Shown here: positions 8,204 to 19,104 of the stretch, in pieces | Layout: each line of letters begins with the position of its first letter | Position numbering within the stretch: the first letter of the stretch is position 1 | The notes under the pieces: model-generated | Database searches by the model: none | Told to the model about the DNA's origin: nothing | Seen by the model: only the letters and a program-made list of their open reading frames with translations | Position numbers and translations under genes: made by a program | Assembly: GCA_017458965.1 (NCBI GenBank) | Contig: JAFSZJ010000014.1 | Span: 1 to 48,004 of the forward strand | DNA length: 48,004 bases | Direction of reading: 5' to 3' | Source of the DNA: Kiritimatiellia bacterium | GTDB taxonomy: Bacteria > Verrucomicrobiota > Kiritimatiellia > RFP12 > JAAYLN01

Positions 8204-8766
8204 ATGAACGAAAACTCCGAAATCCGGCCGAACGGCCGCGCTCTCATCCCGTTCCTCGTCTTCGTCGCCTTCTACCTCGGGCTCTCGCTGCAGGCCGGCG
8301 ACTTCTACCGGGTGCCGATGCCGATCGCGTTCATCGTCGCCTCCGCGGCGGTCTGCTCGGCCTTATCCGCCACAACGGCGGCATCGCGTGGCTCATGGAG
8401 AAAATCGGCGCGATGGTAAGCGGCGCGCGCGGGTGCGAGCTCGGCGTGCTGGTCCTCGTCTTCGCGGTGAATCTCTTCACCGCCAACAACACAGTCGCGA
8501 TCATCGTCGCGGGACCGGTCGCAAAGTCGCTCGCCGACCGCTTCGGCGCGAAGCCAGAGCGCGTGGCGAGCGTCCTCGACACCGGCTCGTGCATCCTGCA
8601 GGGCGTGATTCCATACGGCGCGCAGCTGCTGATGGCGGTCTCGCTTGCGGCCGGCGCGGGCGTGAAGGTCGGCGCGTTCCCGCTCATCGGGCGCCTCTAC
8701 TACCAGGCGCTCCTGCTTGTCGTCGTCCTAGTCGCCATCGCACTTCCTCGCCGCCGCGCGCGGTGA
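8204..8766 (+). pseudogene. nhaC: NhaC-family Na+/H+ antiporter remnant (large internal deletion plus frameshift)
   Basis: ORF 8204..8419 gives an NhaC-like N-terminus (ALIPFLVFVAFYLGLSLQAGDFYRVPMPIAFIVASA). A different frame from about 8345 (GLIRHNGGIAWLMEKIG...ANNTVAIIVAGPVAKSLADRFG...GVIPYGAQLLMA) gives the NhaC C-terminus. Roughly 250 central codons expected for this family are absent. Confidence 0.65.
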
Positions 8767-8861
8767 CGCGTCGGACGCATCCCGACCACTGCTGCGCGCT
8801 GTCCCTGCGGACTTGGCGCACTTCGCGTGAGCACCGCACCCGTATTTGAACGCTCTAGCGC

Positions 8862-10505
8862 CTATGACTCCCGGAATACGGGAACGTCGGGGCTGGTGGT
8901 CGATTTGCCGTCGCGGTCGAGCGAAAAGGAGTCGAATACGCGCATGTCCTGGTCGAAGGCGTTTATGACTATCTTGTCGTCGTCGGCGTAGAAGGCGAGT
9001 GCCGAATACTCGAGGTCATGGCATACCGGGCCGTCGTTGCTGATTACCGCGTAGCGGATGCCCTTGCCTGTCGGCGTGGGGTTCTTGGTGCCGGGGGCGC
9101 AGTGCGGAAGGACATAGAAGGCGTCGCCATCGGCGTCGCATCTGCTGTACTCGTGCATGTGCCCGGCGATCATCAGATGGATCCGCCGCGCAGGGTCATC
9201 GGAGTTAAGGACGGGAAGATAGCTCTCCGCGAACGACTTCCGCCATTCGTCGCTTTCGCCATGCTGTCCGTGGGTCGCGTTGTGGACGAGGACGACGCGG
9301 AACCTCGCCTTGCGGCAGGCCTCGCTGGCGAGCGCCTCGTCGCGCAGCCAGATGCGCTGCTCCTCCATAAGCTCCTTGCAATAGCGGTTGCGGGCGAAGT
9401 CCCCCATGGGGCCGCATTCGAGAAGTATGAAGTAGCATGGCCCGTCCGTGAAGGCATACCAGGTGCGTCCGCTCTGCGCTCGGAGCCACTTCGTCCAGTC
9501 CGCAGCGTGGAGGCCGCCCCATTCGTGGTTGCCGCGTATGACGGCGATGGGCACCGAGTGGCCGGCGGCCTCGACGACCGGGTTCACGATGTCGTCGATG
9601 ATGTTCTGCCCGTCGGGCGAATACATGCCGTCCCATACGTTGTCGCCGCCGAATGCGATGAAGTCGGCCTTTGCTACGTCCGTGAAACGGATCGCGTTGC
9701 GGATGAAACGCCAGTTGCTGTGGGTGTCCGTGAAGAAGAGCGCGCGGCAGACGCCATCCTCGCGCATGGTGCGGAATGAGTAGTCGCCGTGGGTCGCGGT
9801 CTCGCCTGTCGCCAGATCGTAGAAGGCCAGGCGGTATTCGTACTCGGTATCGGGCCGCAACCCCCTGAGGTCGATTATCTGCGCGATGCCGTCAAGGACG
9901 AGCGTTCCATTCGATTGTACGAGACGCTCGGTCCACTCGTCGTCCGATCCCTTGACCCGATACCGCACACCGCCGGCGACTGGAACCGATGATCGCCAGC
10001 CGATGGAGATCCGGTCGGTGTCAGCGTTGAATAGCCATGGCCCGGCGTCGAGCGGGAAGCTCTTCACAGGCGCTGGAACACGGAATGAGCGGAGCGTGGG
10101 ATCGACGACGCTTTCGCCCTTATCGCCGATGTGGAACCAGCGGTATTCGTACTCGCATCCGGACTCCAGTCCGGTGATGACCATTCCGTGGTCGTAGTTT
10201 GGGGAATCGGGATAGGCCATCTGCTTCCGCCACTCCGACTCTCCTCTGCGGCGGATGAGTATGCCGCCGACCACGGGATGTTCGGTGCGATGGACCAGAA
10301 GAGTGGCAAGGCCATCGTTGGCGCGGTGGAAGTGGCTGATGAAAGGGCCGGATTTGTTGGCCGGGACCGTGCGGTCGGCCGGAATGAAGGGGACGCAGGG
10401 CTGGAGTGCCGACGGTATGCCAAGCACCCCGCTCCGTGCGTGAGGCTGGCGGTTTTCCGCATTCATGACGTTGATCGCTAGTGTGGCGCTGCCACGCGAC
10501 GGCAT
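8862..10505 (-). CDS. calcineurin-like metallophosphoesterase with N-terminal purple-acid-phosphatase/FN3-like domains
   Basis: All five phosphoesterase motifs are present: FFTDTHS, FGGDNVWDG, RGNHEWGG, VLVHNATHG, AGHMHEY. Confidence 0.7.
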   Translation of the reverse strand: MPSRGSATLAINVMNAENRQPHARSGVLGIPSALQPCVPFIPADRTVPANKSGPFISHFHRANDGLATLLVHRTEHPVVGGILIRRRGESEWRKQMAYPDSPNYDHGMVITGLESGCEYEYRWFHIGDKGESVVDPTLRSFRVPAPVKSFPLDAGPWLFNADTDRISIGWRSSVPVAGGVRYRVKGSDDEWTERLVQSNGTLVLDGIAQIIDLRGLRPDTEYEYRLAFYDLATGETATHGDYSFRTMREDGVCRALFFTDTHSNWRFIRNAIRFTDVAKADFIAFGGDNVWDGMYSPDGQNIIDDIVNPVVEAAGHSVPIAVIRGNHEWGGLHAADWTKWLRAQSGRTWYAFTDGPCYFILLECGPMGDFARNRYCKELMEEQRIWLRDEALASEACRKARFRVVLVHNATHGQHGESDEWRKSFAESYLPVLNSDDPARRIHLMIAGHMHEYSRCDADGDAFYVLPHCAPGTKNPTPTGKGIRYAVISNDGPVCHDLEYSALAFYADDDKIVINAFDQDMRVFDSFSLDRDGKSTTSPDVPVFRES

Positions 10506-10520
10506 CGCCGGGGTAGGTCT

Positions 10521-12203
<1,683 letters not shown>

Positions 12204-12286
12204 GTCGAACCTATATGCACAACACAAGGCCAGCGCGATGCCGGAGGCCTTGTCTGGAAGTAGAATCGTCAAAAACGACTTTGAGG

Positions 12287-12315
12287 ATTGTATCAGTATC
12301 CGCCGCCGTTTTCAA
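12287..12315 (-). promoter_or_regulatory. candidate promoter for the helicase gene: TTGAAA - 17 nt - TACAAT (minus strand)
   Basis: Reverse complement of plus-strand tttcaa (12310-12315) and attgta (12287-12292), with exact 17-nt spacing. Confidence 0.45.
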
Positions 12316-12322
12316 ACCGAAT

Positions 12323-12331
12323 TGATATAAT
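12323..12331 (+). promoter_or_regulatory. extended -10 element TGaTATAAT
   Basis: Read directly in the AT-rich divergent spacer, 34 nt upstream of ATG 12365. Confidence 0.35.
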
Positions 12332-12348
12332 CCAAAAACCTTCATCTT

Positions 12349-12357
12349 TGGTAGAAT
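12349..12357 (+). promoter_or_regulatory. extended -10 element TGgTAGAAT, 7 nt upstream of ATG 12365 (leaderless-type geometry)
   Basis: TAGAAT 12352-12357, then ccgcacc, then ATG. Confidence 0.35.
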
Positions 12358-12364
12358 CCGCACC

Positions 12365-13918
12365 ATGACCGAGGAAGAGAACGACACCAGGACTTGGTTC
12401 CTCAGGATATCCAGCGGGGTGGTCTTCGGACCTGTCCCGACGAAGGCTTTGCGCCTCTGGGCCGAGCAAGGGCGCGTCCAGCCGGGGAACGAGATATCCC
12501 CGGACAGATCCAACTGGATCCCGGCCCAGTCCCTGGATGAACTGGACATCGTCTGGTACCTTGAGGACTCGCAGGGGAACCTTACGGGTCCATTCAACAA
12601 GAAGGCCGCCGAGAAGCTCATAGCCGACGGCCGCGTAGGCGATGGCACCTCAATTGTCCACAAGGACGACGCCGACCTGGCGCACCTTGTCCGTCCGGCG
12701 CTCGAGAACCGACGCCGCAAGCAGTCGGCGGAGGATGCCCCGGAACTTGATTTCGGCTCCGAGGACGACGCGGCCTCCAAGGGGGAGAACGAACTCCGCA
12801 CGGAATGCGACGGTCTCCGTCTGAAGATCGAGGTCCTAGAGAAAAGCCAGAAGCAACTCCTGTCGGCCGCGGAGAAGGAATGCAAGTCGCACGAGCGCCA
12901 GCTTGCGGCGGAGCGCTCCAAGGTGTCTAAGCTGGAGGCGGAGCTGGAGGAAGCGCGCCTCATAGCCGCCACGGCTCAGAACGCGCTGCGGGAGGCTACC
13001 GCGAAGAGCGAGGCCGACAAGGCCGGAGCCGCCGAGGACTCCGCCGCGCTCCGCGCCGAGCTGGATGAGAAGACCAGGCGCATTGCCGAGATGGAGAAGG
13101 AGTTCGCGGAGCTGCTTACCTTCTCCAACCAGCGCGACGCCGAGACGCAGGCCGAGATCACCGATCTTCAGGAACAGGCTGAGCGACGCGGCGTCAACGC
13201 CGCCGAGATGGAGAGGCGCATTGCCGAACTCGAAAAGGAGAACGCGCGTCTTGCGTCCGCGGCCGCCGAGGAGAGGCCGCAGGAGAAGAAGATCGTCGTC
13301 TCAGACGACGCCGACCTTGCCCTGGCCGCCCAGATCGAATTCCTCTCATCGCTGCTTGATGACAGCCAGAAGGCCCAGCACACCATAAGGAGCCGCATAG
13401 ACGAGATCGTCGCAATCCGCAGCGGCGGCCACGCCACCGCGAGCGAGCGACAGGCCGAGATGCGCGCCGAACGCGCCGAAGCGGAGCGGAGGGGCGAGGA
13501 GATCAAGAACCTGCGCCTTGAGCAGGCCCGTCTGGAGGAACTCGCCGCCGCCCGCGAGAAGGAGCTGCAGCGGCGCATCCGCATTCTCGAGATAGACCTT
13601 GACGAGACGAAGGAGGCCGCCCGCGAGACCGACGCGCTGCGCGACAAGGTGCGCCAGTTGGAAGGCGCGGTGAACGACCGCGACCAGATAATCGTCCGCG
13701 AGCGCAAGGAGCGCGCCGACGAACAGCAGCAGCTCGAGCAGGCGCAGAACGCACTACTCCTACGCATTGAGACGATGGAGAAAGCGGCCGCGTCCGCCCC
13801 GGAACAGGAGGACCGGACTTCAGATCCCGGATCCCAAACCCCGGCCGACGCCCAGCCCGCCGAATCTCCCCGCCGCCACATTTTCCGCGCCGCGCCGTGG
13901 ATGAGCTTCAAGAAGTGA
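12365..13918 (+). CDS. GYF_2 (DUF4339)-like domain protein with long Glu/Ala/Arg-rich coiled coil
   Basis: Two N-terminal W..GP..W.PA-type GYF_2-like modules (WFLRISSGVVFGPVP...SNWIPAQSL; WYLEDSQGNLTGPF). These are followed by about 350 aa of heptad-like EAELEEAR-type sequence. Confidence 0.55.
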   Translation: MTEEENDTRTWFLRISSGVVFGPVPTKALRLWAEQGRVQPGNEISPDRSNWIPAQSLDELDIVWYLEDSQGNLTGPFNKKAAEKLIADGRVGDGTSIVHKDDADLAHLVRPALENRRRKQSAEDAPELDFGSEDDAASKGENELRTECDGLRLKIEVLEKSQKQLLSAAEKECKSHERQLAAERSKVSKLEAELEEARLIAATAQNALREATAKSEADKAGAAEDSAALRAELDEKTRRIAEMEKEFAELLTFSNQRDAETQAEITDLQEQAERRGVNAAEMERRIAELEKENARLASAAAEERPQEKKIVVSDDADLALAAQIEFLSSLLDDSQKAQHTIRSRIDEIVAIRSGGHATASERQAEMRAERAEAERRGEEIKNLRLEQARLEELAAAREKELQRRIRILEIDLDETKEAARETDALRDKVRQLEGAVNDRDQIIVRERKERADEQQQLEQAQNALLLRIETMEKAAASAPEQEDRTSDPGSQTPADAQPAESPRRHIFRAAPWMSFKK

Positions 13919-13929
13919 CAGCCGCACCA

Positions 13930-15879
13930 ATGCAAAACGAAGCGCACAACCCGTCAAGCGCTGAGCGCCGCAGGCTATACCGGCGGCTTCTCGCCTTCAC
14001 CAAACCGTACCGGCTGCGGCTTGCTCTGGGCATCCTCGCCGGCATGATGAGCGCGGGGACGCTCTTCGTCATCTTCGACAACGCCAACGACGCCGTCGCC
14101 TCCTTTCGCTCCGGCACCAGCCATGCCGCAACCCAACCCGCAACTTCCAACACTCCAACTCCTCAACCTTCAACTCCCAACTCCCCGACTCCCCAACCCT
14201 CAACCCCGGACGACAAGCTCCAGGCGAAGATAGAGCGCGTCGAGAGGACTTTGGCCAGTCATGGGCTGCATGTGAGCATCCGCAACGCCGACAACACGAT
14301 CACGTGGCAGGGGCTCGTGATCGTCATGCTTGCGATCCCGCTGCTCATCATCTTCCGCATAATCACATCGGTTCTCAACCACTACTGCATGAGGTGGGTG
14401 GGTGCCGCGGTCGTCCGCGATCTGCGCGACTCGCTCTTCTCCACGCTTCAACGCCAGTCGCTGAAGTTCTACGGGCGCATCGACATCGGCGAGCTGATCA
14501 GCCGCTGCGTCAACGACACCGCCAGCGTCGAGCATGTCGTCTCAAGCACCATCGCCAACGCCGCCCGCGCCCCGTTCGAGATAATCGCGGTCCTTCTCTG
14601 GGCCGCGAAGTATTCGATCGAGAACGGGATCGGACGGTTCGTCCTGGCCATCGCGGTGTTCCTGCCGCTCTGCGTGCTGCCGATACTCATACTTGGCCAG
14701 CGAGTGAAGCGCTGGACGAAGAAGTCCCTGGAGCGCATATCGTTCGTCGTCTCGCGCATGCACGAGAACTTTACCGGCATACGCGTGGTCAAGGCATTCA
14801 ACACGGAGGCGAAGGAGGAGTCCCGCTTCAAGGCCCTGGACAACGACTACTTCCGCGCAGTGGTCAAGACCTTCCGCGCCGAGATCCTGATGTCGCCGCT
14901 GATGGAGGCGGTCATAGCCGTCATAGGCATGGCCTTCGTCGTCGCATGCTTCATCCTCAAGATCGACCTGATCAAGATCGCCATGGTGGCGACCGCCATC
15001 TACCTCTCCTACCGTCCGCTCAAGGAGATCGCGCAGATCAGCGCGTGGCTCCAGCGTGGCGCCGCCGCCCTCCAGCGAATATTCTCGATACTCGACACGG
15101 ACACCTCGCTTCCCGAGCCGGCGAAGCCTGTGCCGAAGAAGGACTTCACGGACAGGATCGTCTTCGACCATGTCTCGTTCGCCTTCTCCGCCGATGGACC
15201 CGAGGTCGTGCATGACGCGGCGTTCGAGGTGCCGCGCGGATCGCTCGTGGCCCTCGTCGGCGAGACCGGCTCCGGAAAATCGACTTACGCCAACCTCCTT
15301 GCGCGCTTCTACGATCCGACATCCGGCTCCGTCACCCTCGACGGCATAGACCTTCGCGACATCGCCACCCCCGACCTCCGCTCGCTGATCGGCGTCGTCA
15401 CGCAGGATACGATCCTTTTCAACGACACCATCGCGGCCAATATTGCCTATGGCACGGAAGGGGCGTCGATGGACGCTGTCGTGGACGCCGCGAAGATGGC
15501 GAACGCCCATGAGTTCATCGTCGCCCATCCGGACGGCTACGACCGCGTATGCGGCGACAAGGGCTTTCTGCTCTCCGGCGGCGAGAAGCAGCGCATCGCG
15601 CTCGCTCGCGCCATCCTGCGCAACCCGCCTATCCTCATCCTCGACGAGGCCACGAGCGCCCTCGACACCGTCACGGAGCGCCTTGTGCAGGACGCCATCG
15701 CAAAGGTCATGGCCAGCCGCACGACCCTCGCCATAGCGCACCGCCTTAGCACCGTCCGCGACGCGTCGCTCATCCTCGTCATCGACAAGGGGCGCATTGT
15801 CGAGCGCGGCACCCACGACCAGCTATACGCGGCAGGTGGCCGCTACCGCCGTCTTTGCGACATGCAGCTGGCGGGATAA
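13930..15879 (+). CDS. ABC exporter, fused permease/ATPase (MsbA-like)
   Basis: Walker A GETGSGKST, signature LSGGEKQRIALARA, Walker B ILILDEATSALD, and N-terminal TM domain. ATG 13930 lies 12 nt after the upstream stop and is preferred over GTG 13897. Confidence 0.85.
   Translation: MQNEAHNPSSAERRRLYRRLLAFTKPYRLRLALGILAGMMSAGTLFVIFDNANDAVASFRSGTSHAATQPATSNTPTPQPSTPNSPTPQPSTPDDKLQAKIERVERTLASHGLHVSIRNADNTITWQGLVIVMLAIPLLIIFRIITSVLNHYCMRWVGAAVVRDLRDSLFSTLQRQSLKFYGRIDIGELISRCVNDTASVEHVVSSTIANAARAPFEIIAVLLWAAKYSIENGIGRFVLAIAVFLPLCVLPILILGQRVKRWTKKSLERISFVVSRMHENFTGIRVVKAFNTEAKEESRFKALDNDYFRAVVKTFRAEILMSPLMEAVIAVIGMAFVVACFILKIDLIKIAMVATAIYLSYRPLKEIAQISAWLQRGAAALQRIFSILDTDTSLPEPAKPVPKKDFTDRIVFDHVSFAFSADGPEVVHDAAFEVPRGSLVALVGETGSGKSTYANLLARFYDPTSGSVTLDGIDLRDIATPDLRSLIGVVTQDTILFNDTIAANIAYGTEGASMDAVVDAAKMANAHEFIVAHPDGYDRVCGDKGFLLSGGEKQRIALARAILRNPPILILDEATSALDTVTERLVQDAIAKVMASRTTLAIAHRLSTVRDASLILVIDKGRIVERGTHDQLYAAGGRYRRLCDMQLAG
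14131..14208 (+). repeat. CAAC-phased 7/8-nt repeat inside the ABC exporter
   Basis: CAAC recurs at spacings 7,8,8,7,7,8,8,7. It encodes TSNTPTPQPSTPNSPTPQPSTP between the first two predicted TM segments. Confidence 0.8.
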
Positions 15880-15895
15880 GGGCTACGAGGCAGGC

Positions 15896-16303
15896 ATGGA
15901 CACAGGAACTGGCGTTGACATGGCGGTGCTGGCGGAGATGGCGCGGAAGGCGGCGGACAGCGCCTACGCGCCATACTCGCGATACAAGGTCGGCGCGGCG
16001 CTGCTCGCCGATGACGGACGCGTCTTCACCGGCTGCAACATCGAGAACGCCTCGTACGGCCTCACGAACTGCGCCGAGCGCACTGCCGTCTTCAAGGCCG
16101 TGAGCGAAGGCGCCAGATGCTTCCGCGCCATCGCCATTGCCGGCGGGGACGATGAGCCGGCGACGCCTTGCGGCGCATGCCGCCAGGTCCTGGCGGAGTT
16201 CTGCGGACCGGAAACGCCTGTGATGTGCGTTGCGCTCTCCGGCGACGCCGTCCGCGAATACACTTTGGGTGAGCTTCTGCCAGGCGTGTTCCACCTGCGG
16301 TAG
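15896..16303 (+). CDS. cdd: cytidine deaminase
   Basis: CAERTAVFKAV and PCGACRQVLAEF zinc-binding motifs. ATG 15896 lies within the longer ORF 15797..16303. Confidence 0.88.
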   Translation: MDTGTGVDMAVLAEMARKAADSAYAPYSRYKVGAALLADDGRVFTGCNIENASYGLTNCAERTAVFKAVSEGARCFRAIAIAGGDDEPATPCGACRQVLAEFCGPETPVMCVALSGDAVREYTLGELLPGVFHLR

Positions 16304-16336
16304 GCGCGATCACCGACGCAAAAAAAGGACATCAGG

Positions 16337-17641
16337 ATGATTGCGACGAAAGACTACGCATCCGACAAGGATTTCGTAAGGCGTTTCCGCGATGGGGCGA
16401 TAGCCATCGCCCGACGCAAGCGAGACGAGTGCGCGGCTTTGCTTGCCACGCTTCCGCCGCCATCGTTCCCGATGGGGCCGCGTCTTTCGTCCGGCGGCCA
16501 CTTCACAGGTTTCTTCCTGTGGGACACGGTTTTCTGCGCCATGTGGGCGCGCCATGTGCAGGAGGATGCGCCGGACCTGCCGCTTCTTCCGCCGCTCGAC
16601 AACCTCTACGCCCTTGCCCAGCCTGACGGCTTCATCGCCAAGGAGTACACCGCGCGTGGCGGCCTTGCCTTCTTGTGCGACCATCCCATCGCCTTCGCCC
16701 CCCCGATTCTCTCATGGGCGGAGCTTGTCATGCGCCGCGAGAACCGCGCCCCTGCAGCGCGCCTCGGGCGCGTATTCCCGATACTGCACCGCCACCATCG
16801 GGCGTGCCGTGCCCGCTTCCGCAGGCCTGACGGCCTCTATGTGGGCGACCCATGGGGATGCGGCATGGACGACATACCGCGCTACCCGCGCGGCATCACC
16901 GAGGCAGAGGCGGCGGCCATGCCGGGCGGCATACGCCTTACGATCGACTGCCTTGGCGAGGAGTGCCGCAACAAATGGTCGTGGATGCACGAGCATTCCG
17001 ACCACCTCTCATGGAACCGGCAGGCCGGCTGGATCGACATGTCCTGCCAGATGGCTTTCGACGCATACAACCTCGCTGAGATCGCCGATATCCTCGGCCT
17101 CGCCGACGAGGTCGCGGCCCTGCGCAAGGAGCACGCTGAACTTTCCGAGGCCATCAACGCGCTGTGTTGGGACGAGGCCACCGGCTTCTACCACGACTTC
17201 GGCCCCTCGGGCATTATGATCCGCAAGTCGGCCGCCGCGTTCTGGGCCATAATCTCCCGTGTCGCCACCGGCGAACGGCTCGAGCGGATGGTCTCGGTCA
17301 TCCGCGATGAGCGTTGCTTCAACCGGCCTATCCCATTCCCGGCACTTTCGGCGGACGACCCCGACTACGAGCCGGAGACTGCCTACTGGCGCGGGGCCGT
17401 TTGGCCCTCGACGAACTACGCCCTTCTGCGCGGCCTCGTCGAATGCGGTTACAAGGATTTCGCCGAGGACGCGGCCCGGCGTTACTACAACGCCAACGCG
17501 GAGCTTTTCGAGAAGACCGGCACGATCTGGGAGAACATCTCGCCTGAGCAGTGCGACCATGTCAAGGAGCGTTCAGGTCCGGACTTCTGCGGCTGGGGCG
17601 CCATAGCCCCGCTGGCGCTGCCAGCCGAATTCGGCTGGTAG
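16337..17641 (+). CDS. GH63-like (alpha/alpha)6 glycoside hydrolase (MGH1/trehalase-like)
   Basis: FFLWDTVFCAMW, GDPWGCGMDDIPR, YWRGAVWPSTNYALLRGL and WENISPE...FCGWGA resemble YgjK/GH63-type motifs. Confidence 0.55.
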   Translation: MIATKDYASDKDFVRRFRDGAIAIARRKRDECAALLATLPPPSFPMGPRLSSGGHFTGFFLWDTVFCAMWARHVQEDAPDLPLLPPLDNLYALAQPDGFIAKEYTARGGLAFLCDHPIAFAPPILSWAELVMRRENRAPAARLGRVFPILHRHHRACRARFRRPDGLYVGDPWGCGMDDIPRYPRGITEAEAAAMPGGIRLTIDCLGEECRNKWSWMHEHSDHLSWNRQAGWIDMSCQMAFDAYNLAEIADILGLADEVAALRKEHAELSEAINALCWDEATGFYHDFGPSGIMIRKSAAAFWAIISRVATGERLERMVSVIRDERCFNRPIPFPALSADDPDYEPETAYWRGAVWPSTNYALLRGLVECGYKDFAEDAARRYYNANAELFEKTGTIWENISPEQCDHVKERSGPDFCGWGAIAPLALPAEFGW

Positions 17642-17654
17642 GGCTTGCCAATGC

Positions 17655-19013
17655 CTATTCGTACCGCAGCGCGTCGATCGGGTTGAGCTTTGAGGCGCGC
17701 CAGGCTGGGTAGAAGCCGAAGATGATGCCGATGCCCGCCGAGACCGCGACGGACATCGCGATCGCCGTGGGCGAAGTTGCGGTAGGCCAGTTGAGGACGG
17801 ACGATATCACCACCGACGCGATGCGTCCGGTAGCGATCCCGAATATCCCGCCGGAGAGGCAGAGAATGACGGACTCGACAAGGAACTGGGTGAGGATGTC
17901 GGATGACCTTGCGCCGATCGCCATGCGAAGACCGATCTCCCGTGTGCGTTCGGTCACGGACACGAACATGATGTTCATGATGCCCACGCCGCCGACGACG
18001 AGCGAGATCAGCGCCACGATCAGGAGAAGGCTGGTCATGAGCGACGATGTCGAGGTTATCGTGTCGATGAGTTCGCTCATGTTGCGCACCTCGAAGTCGT
18101 CCTCCGCGCCGTCGGCGATCTTGTGGCGAAGGCGAAGGGTCTCCGAGATCTCGGAGATGGCGTCCTGGACGGTGTCGGACGAAGTCGCGGAGGCCATGAT
18201 GCGGCTTATGTTGTTGAAGCGGATCGGCATCGGGTAGTTGGCCGTCTGGGTGGCGTCGCGGGCCGGGTAGTACTGCACGGATGTTATCGGGTACTTGTTC
18301 TTGCGCGAGTAGTCGCCGGAGGATGTCGCGGTCGAGGCCATGCCGCCACCGCGCGCAAGGCGGCTCTGCATGGTGGTCCAGGGGATGATGGCCGTGTCGT
18401 TCTGGTCCATGCCCATGAGGTTGGTGCCCTTTTTCGCAAGGACGCCGGCGACCTTGAAGGTGACGTTGTTCAGGCGGACGAACTGACCGACTGCGCTCTC
18501 GCCATTGTCGAAGAGCTCATCGACGACGGTCTGACCGAGGAGGCAGACAGTCGCGGATGCGGCGACATCTCGCTCCGTGAAACATGCTCCATCCGAGATC
18601 TCCCAGTTCTGCACGACAAGGTAGTCGGGTGTGCCTGACTCGATGCGGTTCGGGCTCCAGTTCCTGCTGCCACGGACGACCTGGATGCCGCCCTGCGAAA
18701 GGACCGGGGTCACGGCCTTGACGGATGGGCAGTCGCGCCGGATTGCGGTCACATCATCCGTTGTAAGCGTCACGGAGGTGCCTGATCCGGCGCTGACGCC
18801 GCCGGAGCTGATCGCCACGGGTGAGATCATCAGGACGTCGGATCCCATGTTGGCTATCTTCGCGGCGATCTGCCCGGATGCGCCGGCTCCGATCTCCATC
18901 ATCGCGATCACGGACGCGATGCCGATGACGATGCCCAGCATCGTAAGCACCGAGCGGAGGATGTTCCTTCGCAGGGCGTTCAGCGCGGTGACTATGACTT
19001 GCAAGGAGATCAT
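17655..19013 (-). CDS. MacB/FtsX-type ABC transporter permease with large periplasmic domain
   Basis: One N-terminal TM, about 250 aa of extracytoplasmic domain, and a C-terminal FtsX-type 3-TM bundle (GGVGIMNIMFVSVTERTREIGLRMAIGA). Confidence 0.8.
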   Translation of the reverse strand: MISLQVIVTALNALRRNILRSVLTMLGIVIGIASVIAMMEIGAGASGQIAAKIANMGSDVLMISPVAISSGGVSAGSGTSVTLTTDDVTAIRRDCPSVKAVTPVLSQGGIQVVRGSRNWSPNRIESGTPDYLVVQNWEISDGACFTERDVAASATVCLLGQTVVDELFDNGESAVGQFVRLNNVTFKVAGVLAKKGTNLMGMDQNDTAIIPWTTMQSRLARGGGMASTATSSGDYSRKNKYPITSVQYYPARDATQTANYPMPIRFNNISRIMASATSSDTVQDAISEISETLRLRHKIADGAEDDFEVRNMSELIDTITSTSSLMTSLLLIVALISLVVGGVGIMNIMFVSVTERTREIGLRMAIGARSSDILTQFLVESVILCLSGGIFGIATGRIASVVISSVLNWPTATSPTAIAMSVAVSAGIGIIFGFYPAWRASKLNPIDALRYE

Positions 19014-19069
19014 GGGAAAGAGGGCTTGGACCTGGGTGTCCGCGACAGGGCGCGAACCACAAAACTCAT

Positions 19070-19104
19070 ATCTGCTATCTGTTATCTACTATCTACTATC
19101 TAAA
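19070..19104. repeat. 5 x 7-nt tandem repeat ATCT(G/A)(C/T)T
   Basis: atctgct atctgtt atctact atctact atctaaa. It overlaps the stop codon (TAG 19096-19098, minus strand) and last two sense codons of the ATPase gene. Confidence 0.9.

Noticed and set aside
8204-8766. Two separate small membrane-protein genes (8204..8419 and 8395..8766)
   Set aside because: Their sequences correspond to the extreme N- and C-termini of a single NhaC-family transporter, so a deletion remnant is the simpler reading.
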